From the NCBI GenBank assembly GCA_004359435.1, contig PTET01000001.1:567209-631208 (forward strand): a stretch of 64,000 nucleotides of DNA, written 5' to 3'. This stretch comes from Flavobacteriaceae bacterium. GTDB taxonomy: Bacteria; Bacteroidota; Bacteroidia; Flavobacteriales; Weeksellaceae. Positions 1-8,375 of the stretch are shown here, one piece after another (within the stretch, counting starts at the first letter, position 1; every line of letters begins with the position of its first letter). The notes under the pieces were generated by a model. It did not search any database and was not told where the DNA came from. It worked only from the letters and a program-made list of their open reading frames with translations. Position numbers and translations under genes: made by a program.

Positions 1-936
1 AAAGCAGGTAAGATTTTGGTGAAAATCCCAAGAAAATCTGCCAAAGCAGGGGATATTACAGGAGGTCTTCCAAGGGTAACAGAACTTTTCGAGGCGAGAA
101 ATCCTTCTAACCCAGCGGTGGTAACCGAAATTGATGGGGTAGTTTCGTACGGAAAAATCAAACGTGGAAACAGAGAAGTGGTGGTTGAGTCTAAAACAGG
201 CGAAATCAGACGCTATTTGGTGAAACTTTCTAACCAAATTTTGGTACAAGAAAATGACTTTGTGAAAGCGGGAGATCCACTTTCAGATGGCGCCATTACT
301 CCATCAGATATTTTACGCATCAAAGGGCCCACAGCAGTACAAGAATATATCGTGAATGAAATTCAAGAGGTATACCGTTTGCAAGGGGTAAAAATTGACG
401 ACAAACACTTCGAAATTATCGTTCGTCAAATGATGAAAAAAGTAATCATCGAGGAAGGAGGAGATACCAAATTCTTGCCTTCTGCAGTGGTTCATATCAA
501 TGATTTCATCGATGAAAACGACGATATCTACGGTAAAAAAGTGGTAGTTGAACCTGGTGATTCTCCTTTCAAAGCAGGACAAATGATTACCGCAGGTGAA
601 CTTAGAGACATTAACTCTAGGCTTAAAAGAGAAGACAAAGTTTCTCCAACTGTTAGAGATGCAATCTCAGCAACTTCTACTCCAATTTTGCAAGGGATCA
701 CAAGAGCTTCGCTTCAAACCAAGTCATTTATTTCTGCGGCATCTTTCCAAGAGACGACCAAAGTGCTCAACGAGGCTGCCATCCGTGGAAAAATTGACAA
801 ACTAGAAGGACTAAAAGAAAATGTAATTGTTGGACATAGAATTCCAGCCGGTACAGGACTTTTAGAATACCAAGATGTAATTGTGGGCGACAAAGCAGAA
901 GTTTCGGCTGCTCAAACAGTAGAAGAAGAGGCATAA
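1..936 (+). CDS. rpoC: DNA-directed RNA polymerase subunit beta-prime, C-terminal ~311 aa (5' end upstream of window)
   Basis: Frame 1 is open from base 1. [15 protein letters not shown] and downstream conserved beta-prime blocks are present. Stop TAA at 934-936. Confidence 0.95.
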   Translation, partial: KAGKILVKIPRKSAKAGDITGGLPRVTELFEARNPSNPAVVTEIDGVVSYGKIKRGNREVVVESKTGEIRRYLVKLSNQILVQENDFVKAGDPLSDGAITPSDILRIKGPTAVQEYIVNEIQEVYRLQGVKIDDKHFEIIVRQMMKKVIIEEGGDTKFLPSAVVHINDFIDENDDIYGKKVVVEPGDSPFKAGQMITAGELRDINSRLKREDKVSPTVRDAISATSTPILQGITRASLQTKSFISAASFQETTKVLNEAAIRGKIDKLEGLKENVIVGHRIPAGTGLLEYQDVIVGDKAEVSAAQTVEEEA

Positions 937-961
937 GCCTTGATTTCAAACCTAATTGTAT

Positions 962-1000
962 AAAAAAAAGATGTCCTTTTGTTTGGACATCTTTTTTTTT
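962..1000 (+). terminator. rho-independent terminator after rpoC
   Basis: A-run, stem GATGTCC (970-976) / GGACATC (985-991), then T9 run at 992-1000. Confidence 0.8.
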
Positions 1001-1048
1001 GTAGCTTATTGAAAAATATTAGAACGATCTTGTCAATTTAAAATCTCC

Positions 1049-1960
1049 ATGCACAAGTTAATTTCTTTGCTTTTATGGCTGTATTCTATTTGTTTGTTTG
1101 CTCAAAAGGTAGACAGCAAAGATTCTATCCAGTACCATAAAAAATATCCAGAGTTCTTTTTTGTTCGAAGTTCGCTGGAGTCAGACAAAGATTTTTTTGT
1201 GTACTCGGTTCCCAATTTTCTCTTGAATGTAGAACAAAACAATGTGTGGCGTTATAAGTTCAATTTCAACTACGGTAACCTTGGCCTTGGATTTGGGTAT
1301 TCTCCAGACTTTTTGTCTTCTAACACCCAAGATGGAAAAAGAGGGATTTCAACCATGCAAATGTATGAGGTTAGGTTTTTGAAAGATCATTGGATGCAGG
1401 AGCTTTATCTAAAAAGAAATACTGGTTATTTCGTTCGAAACTCAGAAGATTTTAGAGAATCACTAGGTTTTACAGAGCCTTTTTATTTGCTTCCTCAATG
1501 GAAGGTCTATCAATACGGAACAGAGACGTGGTATGTGTTAAATCCTAATTTTTCGATCCAAGCCATGTACAACCAAAACATCCACCAGATTCGCTCTGCG
1601 GGTTCATGGGTATTTGGAGGAAGTGGAAAATATCAAGAGGTAGATCCAGGCCAAGTAGTGTTTGATCAGATTAATTTCGAGACCAAAGAAGGGTATTTGC
1701 AATTCAATACTGGATATTTTCATTCTCAGGTGATGCATTTTTGGTATATCAATGGGTTTGTTTATCCAGGTTTAGGATTCAGATACTCGAATGTAGATTT
1801 GTCTCAGCTTGATACTTACGATTTAATCAGGAGGCAAAACGAACTATATGTAAATCTTAGAGCAGGAACTGGTTTTGGGTTTCAAGATCAAACCTGGCTT
1901 TTTGGCTGCCAGGTAGTCTATGAGCAAATGGTACTTTTATGCTCATTTTCTCACTTCTGA
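1049..1960 (+). CDS. hypothetical secreted/outer-membrane protein (possibly DUF4421-like)
   Basis: Signal-like N-terminus LISLLLWLYSICLFAQ. Aromatic-rich alternating pattern typical of beta-barrel proteins. No catalytic motif recognised. Confidence 0.55.
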   Translation: MHKLISLLLWLYSICLFAQKVDSKDSIQYHKKYPEFFFVRSSLESDKDFFVYSVPNFLLNVEQNNVWRYKFNFNYGNLGLGFGYSPDFLSSNTQDGKRGISTMQMYEVRFLKDHWMQELYLKRNTGYFVRNSEDFRESLGFTEPFYLLPQWKVYQYGTETWYVLNPNFSIQAMYNQNIHQIRSAGSWVFGGSGKYQEVDPGQVVFDQINFETKEGYLQFNTGYFHSQVMHFWYINGFVYPGLGFRYSNVDLSQLDTYDLIRRQNELYVNLRAGTGFGFQDQTWLFGCQVVYEQMVLLCSFSHF

Positions 1961-2247
1961 ATATTTACAGAGGATATCAAGGTTTTTCCCCCTCCTCAAG
2001 GCTATTTGAATACCATTGGTATCCGTATTCTACCATTTTTTTTGGTTTGGTATGTTTGATTTCTGTTTTTCTGGTGTATAACTTTAGGAAAATCGGGGTC
2101 TATTTGATGGTTTTAGCACTGTTTTTAGACATTGTACAACAGCCTCAGTTTGGCATGATGGGAACCATCACTTCTGTCTTTTCTCTATTTGTATTTATTG
2201 GATACGGATTGATGGTGATTATCCCTAGATGGGCTATGTTCAAATAA
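1939..2247 (+). CDS. hypothetical small membrane protein (2-3 predicted TM helices)
   Basis: Hydrophobic stretches IFFGLVCLISVFLVY, VYLMVLALFLDIV and VFSLFVFIGYGLMVII. Overlaps the previous ORF by 22 nt in another frame, so the start is uncertain. Confidence 0.35.
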   Translation: MLIFSLLNIYRGYQGFSPSSRLFEYHWYPYSTIFFGLVCLISVFLVYNFRKIGVYLMVLALFLDIVQQPQFGMMGTITSVFSLFVFIGYGLMVIIPRWAMFK

Positions 2248-2257
2248 GTTTGTTTCA

Positions 2258-2286
2258 TAAAAAAAGAGCCTTTTGGCTCTTTTTTA
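2258..2286. terminator. bidirectional rho-independent terminator between convergent genes
   Basis: A-run, AGAGCC (2265-2270), TTTT loop, GGCTCT (2275-2280), T-run. Confidence 0.75.
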
Positions 2287-2300
2287 ATTCGTATAAACAA

Positions 2301-3149
2301 TTACTTGGATTTGTATTTTTTGTTTAATGCTTTTAAAATCGCCCAAGTTTCAGCATCCAGAATGCCATTATAATTACTGGGTCTAAAGTGATACTGAAAG
2401 GCAGTAATTAATTTTTTACTTTCTTCATCCCAAGTAGAACTTCCATTGGTTTTATACCCATATTTTTCGAATTCTTTTTTGGTCTCTAAAACAAATGAAG
2501 GAGAATTTACAAGCTCTGGATTAAATTGAATCATAAATTCGGTAACATCAGACTGCTCATACCAAGCACCTATGCCGTAATTCTCGTATAATTCTCTCCA
2601 AGGGAAAAGCGGTCCTGGATCAAATTTTCTCCCTGGAGCTACATCTGAGTGTCCAATGACATTGGTAGGCTCTATTTCGTATCTTTCGATGATATCTTTC
2701 ATCAGTAGGGCAACTTTTTTGACTTGATAATCAGGAAAAGGATACCAAGTTTGTACTCCGCCTTGGTTTGTAAAGCCCATGTTCACAATCTCAATACCGA
2801 TAGAGGTATCATTTAAATTGTCTTTTCCACCCCAATTGCTCACTCCTGCATGCCAAGCTCTCTGGTCTTCGCTCACCAAAATATTGATGTTTTTGTCATC
2901 TAGGTCGTTTACCATGTAATGTGCACTAACATCACGTGTAGTGAGAATCATCGAAGAAGTTGGAAGATCTCCAGCGGTGTAGTGCATAATTAAGGTTTTA
3001 ACCCTCTGGTTTTTTCCTTTGGATGGGTAAAGTGTTCGGTCTATTTTATAGCCTCTTACTTCTGCCTCAACATTGGGTTTTAGATATTGTGATTCGCTGT
3101 TTGAGGAAACAGCAGATGAGCTTGTAGGTTTGGGCGTTTCTTTGGACAA
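2301..3149 (-). CDS. N-acetylmuramoyl-L-alanine amidase (amidase_2 domain plus C-terminal peptidoglycan-binding domain)
   Basis: Blocks MHYTAG, AWHAGVSNWGG, IGIEIVN and IGHSDVAPGRKFDPGP are typical of AmpD/AmiD-type amidases. The C-terminus LITAFQYHFRPSNYNGILDAETWAIL is PG_binding_1-like. TTG start with no signal peptide. Confidence 0.85.
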   Translation of the reverse strand: MSKETPKPTSSSAVSSNSESQYLKPNVEAEVRGYKIDRTLYPSKGKNQRVKTLIMHYTAGDLPTSSMILTTRDVSAHYMVNDLDDKNINILVSEDQRAWHAGVSNWGGKDNLNDTSIGIEIVNMGFTNQGGVQTWYPFPDYQVKKVALLMKDIIERYEIEPTNVIGHSDVAPGRKFDPGPLFPWRELYENYGIGAWYEQSDVTEFMIQFNPELVNSPSFVLETKKEFEKYGYKTNGSSTWDEESKKLITAFQYHFRPSNYNGILDAETWAILKALNKKYKSK

Positions 3150-3179
3150 TATTTATTTGCTTAATTCTATTTAAACCCT

Positions 3180-3187
3180 TAAGTTTG
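3180..3187 (+). promoter_or_regulatory. candidate Bacteroidota -7 promoter box (TAAGTTTG) upstream of tRNA-Ser
   Basis: Matches the TAnnTTTG consensus, about 39 nt upstream of the mature tRNA 5' end. Confidence 0.4.
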
Positions 3188-3225
3188 CACCTCAATTTTA
3201 GCACGAAGTTTGGGCAGAATTGTAA

Positions 3226-3309
3226 GGAGAGGTGCCAGAGCGGTAATGGAGCAGATTGCTAATCTGTCGACGGGAAACTGTCGCCAGGGTTCGAGTCCCT
3301 GTCTCTCCG
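3226..3309 (+). tRNA. tRNA-Ser (anticodon GCT)
   Basis: Cloverleaf folded by hand: acceptor GGAGAGG/TCTCTCC, anticodon stem GCAGA/TCTGT with loop TTGCTAA, long variable arm, T-arm CAGGG-TTCGAGT-CCCTG. Confidence 0.9.
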
Positions 3310-3360
3310 CAACTTTTGAAAATAGTTAAAATTATAGTTGGCGTTTTAATTATTTAAGTG

Positions 3361-3368
3361 TAAATTTG
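3361..3368 (+). promoter_or_regulatory. candidate -7 promoter box (TAAATTTG) upstream of tRNA-Pro
   Basis: Matches TAnnTTTG, about 21 nt upstream of the tRNA-Pro 5' end. Confidence 0.4.
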
Positions 3369-3388
3369 CCAACCACATTTAGGGTTTA

Positions 3389-3463
3389 CGGGGTGTAGCG
3401 TAGCCCGGTTATCGCGCCGCGTTTGGGACGCGGAGGTCGCAGGTTCGAATCCTGCCACCCCGA
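3389..3463 (+). tRNA. tRNA-Pro (anticodon TGG)
   Basis: Acceptor CGGGGTG/CACCCCG, anticodon stem CCGCG/CGCGG with loop TTTGGGA, T-arm GCAGG-TTCGAAT-CCTGC. Confidence 0.9.
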
Positions 3464-3498
3464 CACAGAATTTGATTTCTGTCTTTATAAAGAGCAAC

Positions 3499-3572
3499 GG
3501 GCTCGTAGCTCAGCTGGATAGAGCATCGCCCTTCTAAGGCGACGGTCAAAGGTTCGAATCCTTTCGGGCTCA
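3499..3572 (+). tRNA. tRNA-Arg (anticodon TCT)
   Basis: Acceptor GGGCTCG/CGGGCTC, D-arm GCTC-AGCTGGATA-GAGC, anticodon stem TCGCC/GGCGA with loop CTTCTAA, T-arm AAAGG-TTCGAAT-CCTTT. Confidence 0.9.
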
Positions 3573-3584
3573 CTCTTTTTTTTT

Positions 3585-3612
3585 CTCCTCCCACGTGGGG
3601 GAGTTTTTTTTT
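3585..3612 (+). terminator. rho-independent terminator after the tRNA cluster
   Basis: CTCCTCCCAC/GTGGGGGAG imperfect hairpin followed by a T9 run. Confidence 0.7.
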
Positions 3613-3714
3613 AGAAAAAACTCTTTAAATAAATGATTATTTAATTGCCAATGTTTGTATTTCGAAAAAGTCAATCGACTCATTTCGTCAGGGAATAAAT
3701 TCTCGGTTGAATTT

Positions 3715-4176
3715 CTATAGACTTTTTTCCAAAGCTTTAAATAGATCTCCTTGGCAAATTTGAGCGCCAGAGAGGATAAGTTCGAAAATTTCAAGGTTTC
3801 TTTCTTTGCTGAACTTTTTTTCTCCCCGAAGAAGATTTACTTTGGGTGAATCTAAATTTGAAAGAGCCCATGAGAGGTTTTCTGGAGCCAAAAGGTCTTT
3901 TTCCTTTGTGCTTATCACTATTCTTTTGGCCGAATTTTCATCGAAACAAAACAAATTGAAATGATCACTTGAGAGATGTTCTAGATATTTTACTTTGGTT
4001 AGGGTTTTCTCCCAGATGAGATCAGAAAAGAGATTTAGTTGCTCTTCTACCATTTTGCTGTTGTCTTTTTTATAGCTCTCCCAAAGGCTTTTGTCGATTT
4101 TCTGTACCGCCAAAAATTTTGCAAAATCTTCGCTTAAACGCTCAAGCTGTTCTTTGGTTAGTTGAATATATTTCAC
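3715..4176 (-). CDS. hypothetical cytoplasmic protein, conserved-looking
   Basis: 153-aa ORF with a GTG start that overlaps the upstream MFS stop (GTGA). No motif recognised. Confidence 0.6.
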   Translation of the reverse strand: MKYIQLTKEQLERLSEDFAKFLAVQKIDKSLWESYKKDNSKMVEEQLNLFSDLIWEKTLTKVKYLEHLSSDHFNLFCFDENSAKRIVISTKEKDLLAPENLSWALSNLDSPKVNLLRGEKKFSKERNLEIFELILSGAQICQGDLFKALEKSL

Positions 4177-4703
4177 CAGTTAGATTTTTTAAAAGTCAAA
4201 AATAACAAAGCCAAAACAGAAGTGAAAGCCATAAAGTAGAAACTCAAAGACAAGTTAATTGCACTGTTTTGGTAAATTAAGCTGGCCAAAATCCCTCCTA
4301 GTCCAATACCTATTTCCATGGCAAGAAGTAGGGTAGAAAAAGCCCTACCTTTTAGGTGGGATAAACTTCTGTCGGTAACCCAGGCAAAAATTACAGGTGA
4401 GTTTATCCCAGTAGAAAGTCCATAAACCATCGCACTTAAAGAAAAACCCAATGCGCTTGTAGTGTTGGCAAGGAGAACCAAACTCAATACATTAAGCAGT
4501 AGCCCAATTTTTAAAACAGGAATTCTACCTTTTTGATCGGAGAATTTTCCTGCCCAAATTCTAGACAAGGTAGAAACCCCCACGCTAATGCTAAAAAATA
4601 ACCCTTTGTTCTGGATTTCCAAATGTTTGCTAAAATCAGGTACAAGGGTATAAACGCCACCAAAAGACAAACAGTAAAGGAAAAACACAAGGGCTACAAA
4701 CAT
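4173..4703 (-). pseudogene. MFS transporter, C-terminal six-helix half only (5'-truncated)
   Basis: 176 aa with six hydrophobic helices. The frame stays open upstream through a central-loop-like KWDFFKINKHDFYEPRV, then hits a stop inside the neighbouring LysR remnant. Full MFS proteins have 12 TM helices and about 400 aa. Confidence 0.6.
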
Positions 4704-4753
4704 AACCCTTGGCTCATAAAAATCGTGTTTGTTGATCTTGAAAAAATCCCATT

Positions 4754-5344
4754 TTAGCTTCTCTCTTTTTTCTTTTGGAAGATCTCAAGTTCTTTTTGGT
4801 TGATGATCTTCTTTTTGGAAAGAGGATCGGAAGGTGGAATGTAAGCCAAAAGAGGCTCGTAATAGAGTTTGTCTTCTACAATGTTTTTTTCAAGCAGTGG
4901 TGTGGCGGCAATACCGAAATCAATCTGATCATCGTTAAGCTGGGAGATGATGTCTTGGGTTTTTAATTCTTTGATGATGAGCTTTATTTTCGGGAATTTT
5001 TCCTGAAAAACCTTCAAGAACAAAGGAACAAGGGTAGGTAAAACCGTGGGGATAATTCCTAGGGTATACTGGCCACTGGTGGCATTTTTTTCTTCTTCAA
5101 CTATTTGCTGCATGTTTTTGGCAGCAGATAATATTTCTTTGGCCTGTTCCACTACTTTTTCACCAATTTTGGTCAGTTTAAAAGGGTGGGAGGTTCTATC
5201 GAATATCAGCACGCCAAGTTCTGATTCAAGCTTCTGAATTTGCATACTCAAGGTGGGTTGGGTAGCAAAAGATTTCTCTGCCGCTACGGTGAAATTCCCA
5301 TATTTGGCCACTGAAATTAGGTATTGAAGCTGAACTAGAGTCAT
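4754..5344 (-). pseudogene. LysR-family (OxyR-like) transcriptional regulator, 3'-truncated
   Basis: Intact N-terminal wHTH (LQYLISVAKYGNFTVAAEKSFATQPTLSMQIQKLE), but only 196 aa against about 300-315 for the family. It ends in a K/E-rich tail 50 nt from the MFS remnant. Confidence 0.6.
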
Positions 5345-5353
5345 TTGGGTGGA

Positions 5354-5746
5354 TTATTTTTGGCTATTCAGAATTACCTGATCATACCACTGTTTAAGTC
5401 TGGCTTTATCAGCTTCTGGTAACTCATCTAGAATTTTGTTTTGTTCTTTGGCGATTTCTAGTCCTTTTTGGGTGATGGCTTCCATGGCCTCGGGGTTTCC
5501 AGAATCTACCGCCTGATTTAAGTCGTTTAAATGAGTTTGAATTTTAGACACCAACTCGTTTGCTTTTTCGTTGTCAAACTTAGGTAAGCTTTCTTTGAGC
5601 TCAGAGGTAGTTGTTTCTTCTGTGGCTTTTACTTCAGTGGTATTTTCTGCATTAGGAGCAGATTCGGAAGCATTGTTTTCTGCGGAATTTTTACAAGAAA
5701 ATAGGCAAACAGAAGTAAGGGCAATAGACAAAAATTGTTTTTTCAT
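5354..5746 (-). CDS. hypothetical lipoprotein
   Basis: Signal peptide plus lipobox (LTSVCLFSC). Low-complexity linker followed by a helical domain. Confidence 0.6.
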   Translation of the reverse strand: MKKQFLSIALTSVCLFSCKNSAENNASESAPNAENTTEVKATEETTTSELKESLPKFDNEKANELVSKIQTHLNDLNQAVDSGNPEAMEAITQKGLEIAKEQNKILDELPEADKARLKQWYDQVILNSQK

Positions 5747-5811
5747 TAAAAAAAATCAAAGGGTTTAATTGACTTCAAAAATACGAAAAAAAAGCAAGCC
5801 CTTTGGGATTC

Positions 5812-7569
5812 TTACTTCGAATTTTCAAGCTGTTTTTCAAAAAGTTTTCGGTAAACTCCTTCTTTGTTTTCTAGTAGAGATTTGTGAGTACCAACCTCTA
5901 CAATTTCTCCTTTTTCCATCACCAAAATTTTGTCTGCATCCATCACTGTAGCAAGCCTATGGGCGATAATGATAGAGGTTCTGCCTTTTGTGAGTTTTTT
6001 GGTAGCTGTCTGAATTTTTAGCTCGGTATAAGTGTCAATAGAAGAAGTGGCTTCGTCTAAAACCAAGATGCTTGGATTGTACAAATAAGCTCTAAGAAAG
6101 GAGATGAGTTGTCTTTGGCCCACCGATAGGCTTCCTCCTCTTTCACTTACCTTAAAATGATAACCACCGGGCAAGCTTTCAATAAAGTCGTCAAGTTCAA
6201 TTTCTTTGGCAGCTTGAATCACTTTTTCTAGGCTGATGTTTTTGTCTCCCAGGCTTAGGTTGTTTAAAATAGTGTCGTTAAACAAAAAGACATCTTGCAA
6301 AACCACCCCAATTTGGCTTCGAATGTCTTGAACAGAAAGGCTATACAAATCGTGCTGGTCTATGAAAATTTTACCGCTGTCTATTTGATAAAATCGATTT
6401 AAAAGATTGATGATGGTCGATTTTCCAGCGCCCGTAGATCCGACAATGGCCAAGGTTTGACCGGGTTCTATGTCAAAGGAAATTCCTTTCAAAATGGGTT
6501 CAGTTTTGTTGTAAGAGAAATGTACCGATTCAAAACGAACGTTTCCTTTGATTCTTTCCGTTAATTGGTTTTGTCCATCTGCCTCACTGTGGCTGGTGTC
6601 TAGCACTTCAAAAACACGCTCAGAACTCACCAATCCTCTTTGCATGTTGTTGAATTTTTCGGCAATAAATCGAATGGGTTTGATGAGCATATTGATAAAA
6701 ACAATAAAAGACATAATGTCTCCTGGGCTAACGTCGGCATTCTTAAGGCTGCTGTATCCACCAACTACAATTAGTGCAGCAATGGCTAGGGAAGATACCA
6801 GTTCTACCGTTGGGAATAAAATCGAAAAAACGAAAACCGTTTTTAGGTGAGCTTTGTTTAGATCCTGATTGATTGAAAAAAAGTTTTGGTATTCTATTTT
6901 TTCTCGATTAAAAAGTTGAATGATGCTCATTCCTGATAATCTTTCTTGGACAAAGGCGTTGAGTTTGGCTACCTGAGATCTTTCGTTTTGAAAAATTACC
7001 TTGAGGGTTTTCTGAAAATATCGGGTTATAAAAATCATTAGAGGTAAAATCAGAACCACAATGGTGGCTAGCTTCCAAGAAGAAAAATACATGCTAAGCA
7101 CGATAAATATAATGCGCTGCATGTCTCCGAAAATCACCAAGATTCCGTCGTTGAAAATTTCTTTGATGGTTTCTAAATCTGAGACCGATCGGGTAACAAT
7201 CACTCCATTTGGGGTTTTGTCAAAATAGGCCATTTTAAAGCCCATAATTTTTTCATACAATTTCACCCTCAAATCCAAGATGATGTTTTCGGCAACCAGA
7301 TTGGTGATAAAAATAAAAAGCAGCTGAAAAACCACCTCTGCCAAAAGTAAAGCCCCCATGATGCTCAGGGTTAGAATAAGTCCGTTGTAGTCTTTGTTCA
7401 CATAATCTACATCTACCGCCTGTTTGATGCAAAATGGTCTAGCCACACTTACAATGGCCAGCAGAGAAGAAAGCAAAACCGATTGGTAAAAGATTTTTTT
7501 GTGGTTTTCTAATAAAGAAACCACTCTTTTAAAGGTACTATAACTAAATTTGCTGTTAGATTCAGACAT
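5812..7569 (-). CDS. ABC transporter, fused permease/ATP-binding (MsbA/multidrug-exporter type)
   Basis: Six-TM N-terminal half. Walker A GSTGAGKST, signature LSVGQRQ, Walker B ILVLDEATS. Confidence 0.9.
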   Translation of the reverse strand: MSESNSKFSYSTFKRVVSLLENHKKIFYQSVLLSSLLAIVSVARPFCIKQAVDVDYVNKDYNGLILTLSIMGALLLAEVVFQLLFIFITNLVAENIILDLRVKLYEKIMGFKMAYFDKTPNGVIVTRSVSDLETIKEIFNDGILVIFGDMQRIIFIVLSMYFSSWKLATIVVLILPLMIFITRYFQKTLKVIFQNERSQVAKLNAFVQERLSGMSIIQLFNREKIEYQNFFSINQDLNKAHLKTVFVFSILFPTVELVSSLAIAALIVVGGYSSLKNADVSPGDIMSFIVFINMLIKPIRFIAEKFNNMQRGLVSSERVFEVLDTSHSEADGQNQLTERIKGNVRFESVHFSYNKTEPILKGISFDIEPGQTLAIVGSTGAGKSTIINLLNRFYQIDSGKIFIDQHDLYSLSVQDIRSQIGVVLQDVFLFNDTILNNLSLGDKNISLEKVIQAAKEIELDDFIESLPGGYHFKVSERGGSLSVGQRQLISFLRAYLYNPSILVLDEATSSIDTYTELKIQTATKKLTKGRTSIIIAHRLATVMDADKILVMEKGEIVEVGTHKSLLENKEGVYRKLFEKQLENSK

Positions 7570-8329
7570 CTAAAAATAAGTCTTTGGGATACTGGATGTG
7601 GGTCAAAGATAAGCCTTTTGCAGCAACCGAAGCCCCTGCTAGGTTTCTGTTTTTTTTCAGGATGATTTCTTCAAATCCTTCTAAACTTAAATTTCCTTTT
7701 CCCACCAAAAGAAGCGTTCCCACAATAGCTCGAACCATGTTTCTAAGAAACCGATCGGCCGAAATCTCAAACACCCATCTGGGTGGCTGGCTTTGGGTAG
7801 GGTCTTCTAACTTAAACCATTTTGCGCTGTAAATACTGCAAAAATTGGTTTTTACATCGGTATGAAGTCTAGAGAAGCTAGTGAAATCTTTGTGTTTAAA
7901 CAAAATTTCGCAGGCTCTGTTCATGGCCAAAAAATCTAGAGGTTCCCGAATTAAGGAGCTAGTTTGATCATAAAACGGAAATTTTTCTTGGTGAACGAAA
8001 TATTTATATGTCCTGCTTGTGGCATGAAACCTTGCGTGGGCATCTTCTTTTACGGGCAAAATATTTTTAATGGCAATGTCTTTGGGTAAAAAGGCATTGA
8101 GTCTATGCTTAAAATTGTTAGGAAGTGGATGGTTTGTGTCAAAATGGGCATACATTTTTTGAGCATGAACTCCTGTGTCTGTTCTTCCGGCCCCCATAAT
8201 TTTAATGGGCTCTAAAAGTAGAAGGCTCATAGCAGATTCTATTTCTTCTTGTACACTTTTGGCATTGGGCTGAATTTGCCAACCTTTGTAATGGGTACCT
8301 AAAAAAGAAAGTTCTAAGAAAAATCTCAC
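7562..8329 (-). CDS. truA: tRNA pseudouridine(38-40) synthase
   Basis: YKGWQIQPN and the catalytic GAGRTDTGVHA block; 255 aa. Confidence 0.9.
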   Translation of the reverse strand: MRFFLELSFLGTHYKGWQIQPNAKSVQEEIESAMSLLLLEPIKIMGAGRTDTGVHAQKMYAHFDTNHPLPNNFKHRLNAFLPKDIAIKNILPVKEDAHARFHATSRTYKYFVHQEKFPFYDQTSSLIREPLDFLAMNRACEILFKHKDFTSFSRLHTDVKTNFCSIYSAKWFKLEDPTQSQPPRWVFEISADRFLRNMVRAIVGTLLLVGKGNLSLEGFEEIILKKNRNLAGASVAAKGLSLTHIQYPKDLFLDV

Positions 8330-8375
8330 AGTTAAAGCGACTAATTGTTATTTTTGGGGTTTACACCGCCCTTTG

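Noticed and set aside
3409-3794. Minus-strand ORFs 3409-3594 and 3570-3794
   Set aside because: They run antisense through tRNA-Pro, tRNA-Arg and the terminator. Composition is low-complexity and there is no motif, so they are spurious.
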